A program made the translations under genes and the position numbers. A DNA stretch of 57,860 bases from an uncultured bacterium (lineage in GTDB: Bacteria; Patescibacteriota; Minisyncoccia; UBA6257; UBA9933), in the NCBI GenBank assembly GCA_913009635.1, contig CAJVXI010000002.1, positions 1 to 57,860 of the forward strand, given 5' to 3'. Within the stretch, counting starts at the first letter, position 1. Every line of letters begins with the position of its first letter. The notes below the pieces were generated by a model. It did not search any database. It was not told the DNA's origin and was given only the letters and a program-made list of their open reading frames with translations. Positions 1 to 8,858 of the stretch are shown here, one piece after another.

Positions 1-330
1 ACAAAATCAAAGCTTCAGCGTGGTGAAACCCGCTTTCGCTCTGATAAAGTTGGAGCTTCAGCGTGGTGAAACCCGCTTTCGCTCTGATAAAGTTGGAGCT
101 TCAGCGTGGTGAAACCCGCTTTCGCTCCGACAAAGTAGAAGCTTCAGCGTGGTGAAACCCGCTTTCGCTCCTACAAAATCAAAGCTTCAGCGTGGTGAAA
201 CCCGCTTTCGCTCTGATAAAGTTGGAGCTTCAGCGTGGTGAAACCCGCTTTCGCTCTGATAAAGTTGGAGCTTCAGCGTGGTGAAACCCGCTTTCGCTCT
301 GATAAAGTTGGAGCTTTAGCGTGGTGAAAG
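1..330. repeat. 43-bp tandem repeat array: 7 full units plus a degenerate 8th that merges into the 3' flank of tRNA-Asp; continues off the left contig edge
   Basis: Unit agcttcagcgtggtgaaacccgctttcgctctgataaagttgg begins at 11, 54, 97, 140, 183, 226, 269 (312 degenerate). It has a 30-nt conserved core with a GCGUGG-UGAAA-CCCGC hairpin and a 13-nt variable linker. The period is not divisible by 3. Confidence 0.9.
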
Positions 331-404
331 CGGGGACGACCGGACTCGAACCGGCAACCTTCCGCGTGACAGGCGGATGCTCTAACCAATTGAGCTACGT
401 CCCC
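331..404 (-). tRNA. tRNA-Asp (GTC)
   Basis: Reverse complement ggggacgtagctcaattggttagagcatccgcctgtcacgcggaaggttgccggttcgagtccggtcgtccccg folds as a cloverleaf. Anticodon loop is cuGUCac. CCA is not encoded. Confidence 0.93.
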
Positions 405-524
405 ATGCTTATATTAGAATAAATTTTACATTTTTTAAAAAATAAATCAAATCACATTCGTGTTAGTTAATCACAATGTTTAAAAAAACAGCCCCAAGTT
501 TCTTGTGGTTGTTTTAATTGCGGT

Positions 525-983
525 TCATATTATGAATCGTTTTATTAACATAATATTATAAGATTTTGGAAGATTTATTATGGATTGCTCTACTACACCA
601 GAGGCAATTGAACTATTACAGGCGTGGATTATTTTGGAGGCGCCGCTGAAAATAGCAGTATGCCCAATATATAATTTCCTTCCAGGAAAGAGGTCGTGGC
701 GGTAGTGGCCGCGTTCTCCTTCGTAAAATATTATATCTCCAGCCGTAAGTATGTTTAAATCTTTATCGCTGATTTCTTGTCCTGACGCAGCTGCTTGAAG
801 AACACTTGAACGAGGAAGTTCTATGCCAATTTCATTAAATATAAATTGAATAAATGATGAACAATCAAAAGCAGCTGGTTCACCATTATTTTTTTCTTCA
901 AGATAAGCTCCATATTTGTAGGGCTTCCCGATTTGGCTTCTTGCTATTTTTAATAATTTTTCAATTTTTTCTTTTTTATTCAT
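525..983 (-). CDS. NlpC/P60 (C40) family cell-wall peptidase
   Basis: GKPYKYGA motif, catalytic Cys in FDCSSFIQF, His in GHTAIF. Confidence 0.8.
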   Translation of the reverse strand: MNKKEKIEKLLKIARSQIGKPYKYGAYLEEKNNGEPAAFDCSSFIQFIFNEIGIELPRSSVLQAAASGQEISDKDLNILTAGDIIFYEGERGHYRHDLFPGRKLYIGHTAIFSGASKIIHACNSSIASGVVEQSIINLPKSYNIMLIKRFII

Positions 984-1062
984 AATTGTTCTTATAGTAA
1001 GATTTTAATAAAAAAACTCCCCTTTATCAATATGACAAAGGGGATTAATTATCAATGTTGCT

Positions 1063-1806
1063 TTATTTACATAACGTAGCAAGAGCGATCAATTTGCCTC
1101 TCAGTGTTGATGAATTCCACCAATTTCCAGGACAATCAGTTCCTTCTCTAGCTTCGCAATGCCCGATAATATTTTTAATATTTGAATATTGTTTGATGAT
1201 TCTTGCGGCACTTTCAATGGCCGAGAAAGCTGGAGGCGAATTACTATAATCGCCGGCAAAGCATATTGCTATACTTGTACGATTTACAGCTTTATTTCCT
1301 GCATGTAAACCAATTTGATGGTCTTGTAGAAGTCGTTCGCGTGAGCCATCAGGCCTGATAATCCAATGATAATTGTAAAAAATCTGTTTGTTGTTTTTAT
1401 CAAAATGGCCAGAACAAATAGGTTTTCCATAGAAAAGGCGGTGCAAAGAATTATGACATCGGGAATATTCAGCCACATAAACATTTAGAAATCCCATTAC
1501 AGAAAGGTATTCTTTGCTTATCTCTGGTTCGGTCTTTGTGTGGTGAATAACAATATTGGTTATTTCTCTCTCTATTTCTCTTTCGTGAAAAAATGTAGGA
1601 CCTTCTCTATCCAAGGCAATCAAATTATCACAGAGAAGTTCTTTTATGAGGTTGTAGAAGTTTAACCTAAAAAATACGTCTCCGTTAAATTTTTTTAAAT
1701 CAGTTGCAACCGGTTCTTTAATATACCAATCAGGATATTTTAGGGCTTCTTTCCATCCTTCACAATCAATAAATTTAACATATTTAGACAATATTTCATT
1801 AATCAT
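1063..1806 (-). CDS. N-acetylmuramoyl-L-alanine amidase (Amidase_2/PGRP-fold) domain protein
   Basis: IVIHHT, GLHAGN and GHCEAREGTDCPG motifs in the C-terminal half. The N-terminal ~90 aa are unassigned. Confidence 0.65.
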   Translation of the reverse strand: MINEILSKYVKFIDCEGWKEALKYPDWYIKEPVATDLKKFNGDVFFRLNFYNLIKELLCDNLIALDREGPTFFHEREIEREITNIVIHHTKTEPEISKEYLSVMGFLNVYVAEYSRCHNSLHRLFYGKPICSGHFDKNNKQIFYNYHWIIRPDGSRERLLQDHQIGLHAGNKAVNRTSIAICFAGDYSNSPPAFSAIESAARIIKQYSNIKNIIGHCEAREGTDCPGNWWNSSTLRGKLIALATLCK

Positions 1807-1864
1807 AACTCCTCCTTTTTAAATTTTTAATGTGCTATACAAAATCTCATTTCGTTCAATTTTG

Positions 1865-1936
1865 TTGCGGGGGTGGGAATTGAACCCACTACCTCGAGAT
1901 TATGAGCCTCGCGAGCAACCGTTACTCCTCCCCGCG
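1865..1936 (-). tRNA. tRNA-Met (CAT), initiator-like
   Basis: Reverse complement cgcggggaggagtaacggttgctcgcgaggctcataatctcgaggtagtgggttcaattcccacccccgcaa. Anticodon loop is cuCAUaa. The C1/A72 mismatch is typical of bacterial initiator tRNA. Confidence 0.85.
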
Positions 1937-1995
1937 TCTTTATTATATTTACTTTTCTTAAAAAATCAAGTATATTTTATTTATAAAGTGGCGAT

Positions 1996-2067
1996 GCCGG
2001 CGTAGCTCAGTGGCAGAGCGAGAGATTCATAAACTCTAGGCCGCAGGTTCGATCCCTGCCGTCGGCA
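1996..2067 (+). tRNA. tRNA with CAT anticodon (elongator Met or lysidine-modified Ile2)
   Basis: gccggcgtagctcagtggcagagcgagagattcataaactctaggccgcaggttcgatccctgccgtcggca. Acceptor gccggcg/cgtcggc, anticodon loop uuCAUaa. Confidence 0.85.
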
Positions 2068-2086
2068 CTATAATAATTAAATTAAA

Positions 2087-3121
2087 ATGCTAGAGAAAAT
2101 AAAAAAATTCTTCTCAAAAGAGATAAAGGAAATAGGTGATTTAAAAAACTTAGAGCAACTAAGGGTTAAATATCTTGGTCGGAAAAGCGAATTAACCCAA
2201 ATTTTGCGTTCTCTAAAAAATTTTTCAATTGAAAAACGTCGCAAAATCGGTCCACAGGCGCAAAAACTCAAAAAAGAAATTGAAATAATATTAACTAAAA
2301 AACTTAAAGAACTAAAAGCTAAAAACTCAAAACTAAAAGTTGATATAGATATTACAAGGCCGGGTGAAAAAATTAAACTTGGTCATATTCATCCTTTAAC
2401 TAAAATTGAAGAAGAAATTCGCCAAATTTTTCTTTCAATGAATTTCTCGGTTGTTGAGGGGCCGGAAGTGGAAAATGAACATTATAATTTTGACGCTTTA
2501 AATATTCCGCCAAATCATCCAGCAAGAGACATGTGGGACACGTTTTGGCTAAAAACACAGACCAATACGGACTATACACAGATTGATACGGAAGGTCTGT
2601 ATAAGTCCGTGTCCAGTCAGTATAAGTCCATGTTACTGCGGACACATACAAGCCCGGTTCAAATTCGCTATATGGAAACTCATAATCCGCCATTTCAGAT
2701 TATTGTGCCTGGCAGGGTTTTTAGATATGAGGCGATTGATGCTTCTCATGAAATAAATTTCTATCAATTAGAAGGGCTGATAGTCGGGGAAAATGTTTCA
2801 TTGGCAAATTTTAAATCAGTAATAGAGGAATTCTTTAGAAAACTTTTTGGAAATAAAATTGAGTTTCGTTTTCGTCCAAGTTATTTTCCTTTTGTTGAGC
2901 CGGGATTAGAAGTTGATATTAAATTAGGTAAGGATTGGTTGGAGATTATGGGTGCTGGAATGGTCCATAGAAAAGTTTTTGACGCTGTCCGTTATAATCC
3001 GAATGAAGTTCGAGGAATTGCTTTTGGAGTTGGAATAGACCGCTTAGCAATGATAAAATACAACATTCCTGATATTCGTTTGTTTTATAATGGAGATTTG
3101 CGATTTATTAAACAATTCTAA
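2087..3121 (+). CDS. pheS: phenylalanine--tRNA ligase alpha subunit
   Basis: HPARDMWDTFW, LLRTHTSPVQIR, FRPSYFPFVEPG and GAGMVH class II motifs. Carries a 25-codon repeat insertion (see 2555..2629). Confidence 0.95.
   Translation: MLEKIKKFFSKEIKEIGDLKNLEQLRVKYLGRKSELTQILRSLKNFSIEKRRKIGPQAQKLKKEIEIILTKKLKELKAKNSKLKVDIDITRPGEKIKLGHIHPLTKIEEEIRQIFLSMNFSVVEGPEVENEHYNFDALNIPPNHPARDMWDTFWLKTQTNTDYTQIDTEGLYKSVSSQYKSMLLRTHTSPVQIRYMETHNPPFQIIVPGRVFRYEAIDASHEINFYQLEGLIVGENVSLANFKSVIEEFFRKLFGNKIEFRFRPSYFPFVEPGLEVDIKLGKDWLEIMGAGMVHRKVFDAVRYNPNEVRGIAFGVGIDRLAMIKYNIPDIRLFYNGDLRFIKQF
2555..2629 (+). repeat. 75-bp palindromic element, family A copy 1, in frame in pheS (TQTNTDYTQIDTEGLYKSVSSQYKS)
   Basis: acacagaccaatacggactatacacagattgatacggaaggtctgtataagtccgtgtccagtcagtataagtcc. 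About 80-90 percent identical by eye to 4330..4404 and 38856..38930. Sits between conserved DTFW and LLRTHTS. Confidence 0.85.
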
Positions 3122-3123
3122 AT

Positions 3124-5115
3124 ATGCGATTCAGTTATTTTTTAATTAAAAAATTAGCGCCAGTAGTTAAATCAAAAAATGATTTAATTGAAAAACTTAA
3201 TCTTTATTCTTTTGAGGCAGAAGATTTGGGGGGCGATGTGGTTGATATCTCTTTACCACCGAATCGATATTCTGATACGGCATCGCATTTGGGAATTGCC
3301 AAGGAAATTGCCGCGGTTTATGGTAAAAAGTTAAAAGATTTTAAAATAAAAACCATTAAATCTGTTATCAAGCATGGTTTTGCCGTGGAAATTAAAGAAA
3401 AAAAACTTTGTAAAAGAGCGGCGGCTCAATATTTTGAAGGTATAAAAATTGCTACTTCGCCGAAATGGCTGCGCGAAGTTTTAATTTCTTGCGGTTTACG
3501 GCCTATTAATAATTTAATTGATATAACCAATTATGTTACCTTAGAAATAGGTCAGCCACTCCATGCTTTCGACGTGGATAAAATGGAGGGCGAAAAATTA
3601 ATTATACGCCGTGCAAAGTTACAGGAATATTTGGAAACTTTAGATGGGAATAAATTTAATTTAGATAAAGATATTTTGGTTTTAGCTGATGAAAAAGACG
3701 CTTTAGATATAGCTGGAATTAAAGGAGGGAAAAAAGCAGAAATTATAAATAAAACAAAAAAGATTCTCCTAACTGCTTGTAATTTTGATCAGACAGCTAT
3801 TTATCAATCTTCGCGCAAGACCGGCGTGGTAACTGACGCTTCAGTTAGGTTTGCGCATGGTTTAAGCCCAGCATTGGTGGAATTAGGAATTCAAAGAGCA
3901 GGGGAGCTTATTGTTGAGCTTTGCGGTGGCCGGGCTGGAAAAACAACAGATGTCAATTTTTCTAGTTTATCTAAGAAAATAATTAAATTTGACGTTGAAA
4001 GGTTTAATAAATTCATCGGTATTAATCTTGATATTAAAACAGCCGCTGGCTACTTAAAACGGTTAGGGTTTAAAATAACTAAAAACCAAAAACTAAAAAC
4101 TAAAAGCTCGTTTTTCGTAGAGATTCCGCCTTTGCGTCTTGATATAAAAACTTTTGAAGATTTAGCCGAGGAAGTTATTAGATTATATGGCTATAATAAA
4201 TTAAAATCATCTCCGCCTCGTATTTATATAACCCCTTCGGGTTTTGAAGACGAACTTATATTAAAAGATAAAATCAGAAAAGTATTGGTTGGTTTTGGAT
4301 TGGACGAAGTTTATAATTACTCTTTTACATCACAGACTGATACGGACTATACACAGACCGATACGGAAGGTCTGTATAAGTCCGTGTCCAGTCCGTATGG
4401 GTCAGCGTTAGTAGAGTTAGAAAATCCAATCAGTTCGCAGTTTCAATATTTAAGACCATCATTATTGATTAATCTTTTAAAAAATATTAAAGATAATTTT
4501 AGGTTTTTTGATGATATAAAGATTTTTGAAATAGGAAAAACTTTTTTTAAGAATAAAAATGAAGTTAATGAAAAAAGCATGCTAGGAATTGCTATTGGTT
4601 CAAAAAATAAAGAAACGTTTTTTGAATTAAAAGGCGTAATAGAGGAATTATTTAAAAGAATTGGTTTAGTGGATTATCTTATTTTTGAGGAGAAAGGGAT
4701 TTTGTTAATAAAATCAAATAATAAAAAAATAGGTTATTTAAAAAAAGAAGAAGTAGCAGGTAAGCGTTTTTCTGCCTTTACAGAAATTAATTTAGAAGAA
4801 CTTCTTAAGTTAATTGAAGGAGAGCGTGAATATTCGCCGTTATCAAAGCATCCTTCAATTATGCGCGATATTTCAGTTTTAGTTAGTCGAAAAATAAGGA
4901 TTGGGGACATGATACGAATAATTCAAATTTCTGATTTTAAGAACATTAGAGACGTTGATTTAATTGATGAATATGACTTTCCAGATAAAAAAAGCTTCAC
5001 ATTTAGGATTATTTTTCAGGCCGATAATAAAACATTGACTGACAACGAAGTTGATAAAGAGATGAAGAAAATAACTTCTATTTTACAGCGAAAATTCAAC
5101 GCTGAAATACGCTAA
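3124..5115 (+). CDS. pheT: phenylalanine--tRNA ligase beta subunit (short 663-aa form)
   Basis: Starts 2 nt after pheS. B3/B4- and B5-like core (GQPLHAFD, IAGIKGG) and C-terminal anticodon-binding-like domain. Carries family A and KLKTK insertions. Confidence 0.9.
   Translation: MRFSYFLIKKLAPVVKSKNDLIEKLNLYSFEAEDLGGDVVDISLPPNRYSDTASHLGIAKEIAAVYGKKLKDFKIKTIKSVIKHGFAVEIKEKKLCKRAAAQYFEGIKIATSPKWLREVLISCGLRPINNLIDITNYVTLEIGQPLHAFDVDKMEGEKLIIRRAKLQEYLETLDGNKFNLDKDILVLADEKDALDIAGIKGGKKAEIINKTKKILLTACNFDQTAIYQSSRKTGVVTDASVRFAHGLSPALVELGIQRAGELIVELCGGRAGKTTDVNFSSLSKKIIKFDVERFNKFIGINLDIKTAAGYLKRLGFKITKNQKLKTKSSFFVEIPPLRLDIKTFEDLAEEVIRLYGYNKLKSSPPRIYITPSGFEDELILKDKIRKVLVGFGLDEVYNYSFTSQTDTDYTQTDTEGLYKSVSSPYGSALVELENPISSQFQYLRPSLLINLLKNIKDNFRFFDDIKIFEIGKTFFKNKNEVNEKSMLGIAIGSKNKETFFELKGVIEELFKRIGLVDYLIFEEKGILLIKSNNKKIGYLKKEEVAGKRFSAFTEINLEELLKLIEGEREYSPLSKHPSIMRDISVLVSRKIRIGDMIRIIQISDFKNIRDVDLIDEYDFPDKKSFTFRIIFQADNKTLTDNEVDKEMKKITSILQRKFNAEIR
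4075..4107 (+). repeat. A-rich KLKTK element (family B) in frame in pheT
   Basis: ataactaaaaaccaaaaactaaaaactaaaagc is read as ITKNQKLKTKS. The same cta-aaa-act-aaa frame is used in gatB, rnhB and trmD. Confidence 0.6.
4330..4404 (+). repeat. 75-bp palindromic element, family A copy 2, in frame in pheT (SQTDTDYTQTDTEGLYKSVSSPYGS)
   Basis: tcacagactgatacggactatacacagaccgatacggaaggtctgtataagtccgtgtccagtccgtatgggtca. Contains the hairpin acggactatacacagacc / ggtctgtataagtccgt. Confidence 0.85.
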
Positions 5116-5206
5116 AAAGAAGGTTTTCTTAAAACTTTTTTTGTGCCAGCGAAGACACAAAATTTTAAGACATAAGAACGCCTTATTTTTATGTTATTAT
5201 TTAATT

Positions 5207-6214
5207 ATGTTAAATATTAATTATTCACTTAAATCATTAAAGATAATCGTAGAAAAGGTAAAGCCCTCAAAAATTGTTTTAGTAAGTTCAAATAATTTAA
5301 TTCCAAAATTAAATTGGGCTATTACAGAGTTAAAAGAATTAACGCCTGTTGAAATTAAAATTATTCAGGTTCCTGATGGAGAAGTAGCGAAAGAATGGGG
5401 TGTTTTAAAAGAATTACTGAGCGATTTTATTGAAGTAGGGTTAAACAGGAAAAGTATTGTTATAGCTTTGGGGGGCGGCTCAATAACTGATTTAGTTGGT
5501 TTCGCGTCATCAATTTATCAAAGGGGTGTTCCTTATATAAATATTCCCACTACTCTTTTAGCTCAAATTGATAGTTCCATAGGTGGAAAAACAGCTATTA
5601 ATTTTTTGGATTATAAAAATCAAATAGGTTCTTTTTATAATCCAATAGCTATAATCATTGACAGCCGATTTTTAGAAACTCTAACTGAACGGCAAATTAT
5701 TGATGGCTTTGCAGAAATAATTAAGTATGGGCTAATTAAAGACCCGAGCATATTGGAAATTATAAAATCTTGTAATTTGGCTGCTTTAAGAGAAGAATCT
5801 GTTATGGAGGGTTTAATTTCAAAATCAATTAAGGTAAAAGAATATTTTATTGAAAAAGATCCGTATGATTTAAATATTAGACAAATTTTAAATTTTGGTC
5901 ATACAATTGCTCATTCACTTGAGCTTAAATATAATTTAAGCCATGGAGAAGCTGTTTTGATTGGGATGATGGAAGAGCTTAAACTTGGCGAGCAATTAGG
6001 AGAGGCAAGTCCTGAAATAAAAAATTATCTAGGCGTGCTTCTTAAAAATTTAAATATTACTCTAAATAAAAAACAGCTGAAAGTTGATTGGAAATCTATT
6101 TTACACGATAAGAAAATCTCAGGAAAAGAAATTAATTTGCCAGTTGTTAAAAAATTAGGTGAGGCAAAATTGATTAAAGTTAGATTAGATAAACTAATTT
6201 CATTAATTAAATAG
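5207..6214 (+). CDS. 3-dehydroquinate synthase family protein (sugar-phosphate cyclase superfamily)
   Basis: GGGSITDLVGFASSIYQRGVPYINIPTTLLAQIDSSIGGKTAINF, NFGHTIAHSLE and HGEAVLIGM motifs. ATG at 5207 is preferred over the TTG at 5141 used by the ORF track. Confidence 0.75.
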   Translation: MLNINYSLKSLKIIVEKVKPSKIVLVSSNNLIPKLNWAITELKELTPVEIKIIQVPDGEVAKEWGVLKELLSDFIEVGLNRKSIVIALGGGSITDLVGFASSIYQRGVPYINIPTTLLAQIDSSIGGKTAINFLDYKNQIGSFYNPIAIIIDSRFLETLTERQIIDGFAEIIKYGLIKDPSILEIIKSCNLAALREESVMEGLISKSIKVKEYFIEKDPYDLNIRQILNFGHTIAHSLELKYNLSHGEAVLIGMMEELKLGEQLGEASPEIKNYLGVLLKNLNITLNKKQLKVDWKSILHDKKISGKEINLPVVKKLGEAKLIKVRLDKLISLIK

Positions 6215-6220
6215 CAAAAT

Positions 6221-6254
6221 AAACGGCTCACACGTCGTGTGAGCCGTTTATTTT
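6221..6254 (+). terminator. rho-independent terminator after the aroB-like gene
   Basis: 13-bp perfect stem aaacggctcacac / gtgtgagccgttt with loop gtc, followed by attttgg. Confidence 0.75.
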
Positions 6255-6424
6255 GGTGCTTTTTCAACGGCTTAACGCACGTTGAGCCGTTAAGTGGCGT
6301 ATTAACATTTGATGCGGTCGTCTTGAGATGTTAACTATTAATAACATTACTCGCGACACGATAGTGAAGGATGTTAATATGTGGGTTTTTACGCGCTCTA
6401 ACATAATTAAATAAAGAGCTTTTT

Positions 6425-6455
6425 TCAACGGCTAACACGGCGTATTAGCCGTTGA
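6425..6455. repeat. 31-nt hairpin repeat tcaacggctaa-N9-ttagccgttga (second copy at 22796..22826)
   Basis: 11-bp perfect arms. A near-identical copy overlaps the rnhB stop codon. A related AACGGCT/AGCCGTT hairpin lies at 6266..6291. Confidence 0.8.
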
Positions 6456-6545
6456 AATGACTTGCCATGAGCTTGCCGAAGCCTTGTTTTTATGGTTGTT
6501 TTTTGATATAATTAAAGTACCCGAAGAGGGTATTTTATTGTAAAT

Positions 6546-8561
6546 ATGCCTAAAAAATCAGTAAAAAAAGAACAAAAAACCGAGCAAAATAACGCTTCTT
6601 ATAGAGCTAAGGATATTTATGTTTTGGAGGGTTTGGAGCCGGTACGGAAACGACCGGGAATGTATATTGGTACGACTGGAACAGATGGTTTGCATCACTT
6701 AATTTGGGAATGTGTGGATAATTCCATTGATGAAGCAATGGCTGGTTTTGCTAAGAATATTAAAATTGAACTACTTAAAAATAATCGAGTAGCTGTTTCT
6801 GATGATGGGCGTGGAATTCCAGTTGATATTCATCCCCAAACAAAGAAGTCGGCTTTGGAAACCGTAATGACCACCCTTCACGCTGGCGGAAAATTCGGCG
6901 GTGAATCTTATAAAGTTGCAGGCGGTCTTCATGGGGTTGGTGTTTCAGTGGTAAACGCTTTATCAAAATGGCTGAGAGTTGAAGTTTGTCGTGATGGAAA
7001 TCTTTATTCTCAAGAATATGAACGTGGCGAGCCAAAATACAAAGTTAAAAAAGAAGAGAAATGTTCGCAGACCGGAACTAAAGTAATTTTTGATGCTGAT
7101 CCGGAAATTTTCCAAAATATTGAATTCGACAGAAAAAAGATTTTAGACCATTTACGACAGCAGGCCTTTTTGACTAAGGGTATAAAAATCGAGATTATTG
7201 ATGAAAGAGAAGCAGTGCCTTTTTATCATGTTTTTTATTTTGAAGGAGGACTTTTGTCTTTTATTGAATATTTAAACCGTTTTAACAAACCTGTTCAGAA
7301 AGAAATTTTTTATACTCATAAAAATTATATTGATATCGAAGTTGAAAACGCTTTTATTTATAATCATGAAATTGAAAATAAAGAATTAAGTTTTGCTAAT
7401 AATATTTATACTGCGGATGGCGGAATGCACATTACTGGTTTCCGTTCGGCGTTAACAAGAACATTAAATGATTATGCTAGGACTAATAACTATCTTAAAG
7501 AATCGGACGATAATTTAACAGGAGATGACATTAGAGAGGGATTGGTGTCTATAGTTTCAATTAAGCTTAGAGAGCCGCAATTTGAGGGCCAGACTAAGGC
7601 AAGATTAGGTAATCCAGAAGCCCGAACAGCAGTAGAGTCGGTAATTAATGAATCATTAAAAGAATTTTTAGAGAAACATTCTAATGATGCCAGAGCAATT
7701 ATTGAAAAGTGTTTATTGGCAGCCAAGGCCAGAAAAGCCGCTAAAGCAGCTAAAGACACAGTTTTGCGAAAAGGCGTTTTAGAAGGTTTGACTTTGCCAG
7801 GAAAATTAGCGGATTGTTCAAGCCGTGAACCTTCAGAATCAGAATTATTTATAGTTGAGGGTGATAGCGCCGGCGGAAGTTCAAAGATGGCGCGAGATCG
7901 TCGGACTCAAGCAATTTTACCTTTGCGTGGAAAAATTCTCAATGTTGAAAAAGCGCGGATTGATAAGATACTTGCCAATAAAGAAATTCGTTCTTTGGTA
8001 ATTGCTATTGGTACGGCTATTGGTAATGAATTTAATCTTTCAAAACTTCGTTATCATAAAATTATTTTAATGACAGATGCTGATGTTGATGGGTCACACA
8101 TTAGAACATTATTACTTGTTTTATTTTATAGGTATTTTATTTCTGTTATTGAAAACGGCTATCTTTATATTGCTCAACCACCGTTGTATAGAATTCAATC
8201 AGGAAGAGAGATTAGGTATGCTTATACTGAATCTGAAAAACAAAATATAATTTCTGAAATTCAGAAAATCAAAAAAGATAAGAGTTCTAAGGCTAAAGAT
8301 GAAAAAGAGTTGATTAATGAAGATGGAATTGAAAAAATAAAAAAAATCAATATTCAACGCTATAAAGGTCTTGGAGAAATGAATTCTGATCAGCTTTGGG
8401 AAACAACAATGGATCCAGAAAATCGAACATTAAAGATTGTAACTATTGAAAATGCTCAAGAAGCCGATAGAATGTTTGATGTTTTAATGGGTGAACAGGT
8501 TGAACCACGTCGTCATTTTATCCAAAGCAGAGCGACGATGGTTAAAAATCTTGATATATAA
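6546..8561 (+). CDS. gyrB: DNA gyrase subunit B
   Basis: YVLEGLEPVRKRPGMYIGT, LHAGGKFG, EGDSAGGS, PLRGKILNVE and QRYKGLGEMN motifs. Confidence 0.97.
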   Translation: MPKKSVKKEQKTEQNNASYRAKDIYVLEGLEPVRKRPGMYIGTTGTDGLHHLIWECVDNSIDEAMAGFAKNIKIELLKNNRVAVSDDGRGIPVDIHPQTKKSALETVMTTLHAGGKFGGESYKVAGGLHGVGVSVVNALSKWLRVEVCRDGNLYSQEYERGEPKYKVKKEEKCSQTGTKVIFDADPEIFQNIEFDRKKILDHLRQQAFLTKGIKIEIIDEREAVPFYHVFYFEGGLLSFIEYLNRFNKPVQKEIFYTHKNYIDIEVENAFIYNHEIENKELSFANNIYTADGGMHITGFRSALTRTLNDYARTNNYLKESDDNLTGDDIREGLVSIVSIKLREPQFEGQTKARLGNPEARTAVESVINESLKEFLEKHSNDARAIIEKCLLAAKARKAAKAAKDTVLRKGVLEGLTLPGKLADCSSREPSESELFIVEGDSAGGSSKMARDRRTQAILPLRGKILNVEKARIDKILANKEIRSLVIAIGTAIGNEFNLSKLRYHKIILMTDADVDGSHIRTLLLVLFYRYFISVIENGYLYIAQPPLYRIQSGREIRYAYTESEKQNIISEIQKIKKDKSSKAKDEKELINEDGIEKIKKINIQRYKGLGEMNSDQLWETTMDPENRTLKIVTIENAQEADRMFDVLMGEQVEPRRHFIQSRATMVKNLDI

Positions 8562-8634
8562 TCATAACTTGCCAATCTAAATGTTCTATGGTAAATTATT
8601 TTCATTCGCATATAATTAGCAAATACTCAAACTA

Positions 8635-8829
8635 ATGATTAGTATGCTTACTCGCTTAAAATCATATCTTCAAGAATCACGTCAGGAATTTCGTCGGGTT
8701 AATTGGCCAACTCGGAAAGAAACAGCCCGCCTTACTTTAGTTGTGGTTATTTTTTCATTGATTGTAGCAACATTTTTAGGCGCATTGGATTTTTTATTTA
8801 CGTATTTATTAGAGAAATTTTTTATATAA
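8635..8829 (+). CDS. secE: preprotein translocase subunit SecE
   Basis: 64 aa. EFRRVNWPTRKE followed by a single TM helix. Immediately upstream of nusG. Confidence 0.85.
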   Translation: MISMLTRLKSYLQESRQEFRRVNWPTRKETARLTLVVVIFSLIVATFLGALDFLFTYLLEKFFI

Positions 8830-8858
8830 ATTCTAAATTTTAGCTTATTTATTCTTTT

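Noticed and set aside
1-330. Regular repeat-spacer pattern that could be read as a CRISPR array.
   Set aside because: The variable segments are only 13 nt long and most are identical to each other. The period is 43 nt and no cas genes are nearby. It is a tandem satellite, not repeat-spacer architecture.
6257-6545. The gyrB upstream gap as a replication origin.
   Set aside because: No dnaA or dnaN is nearby, and I found no TTATCCACA-like boxes in this gap. It has only hairpin repeats.
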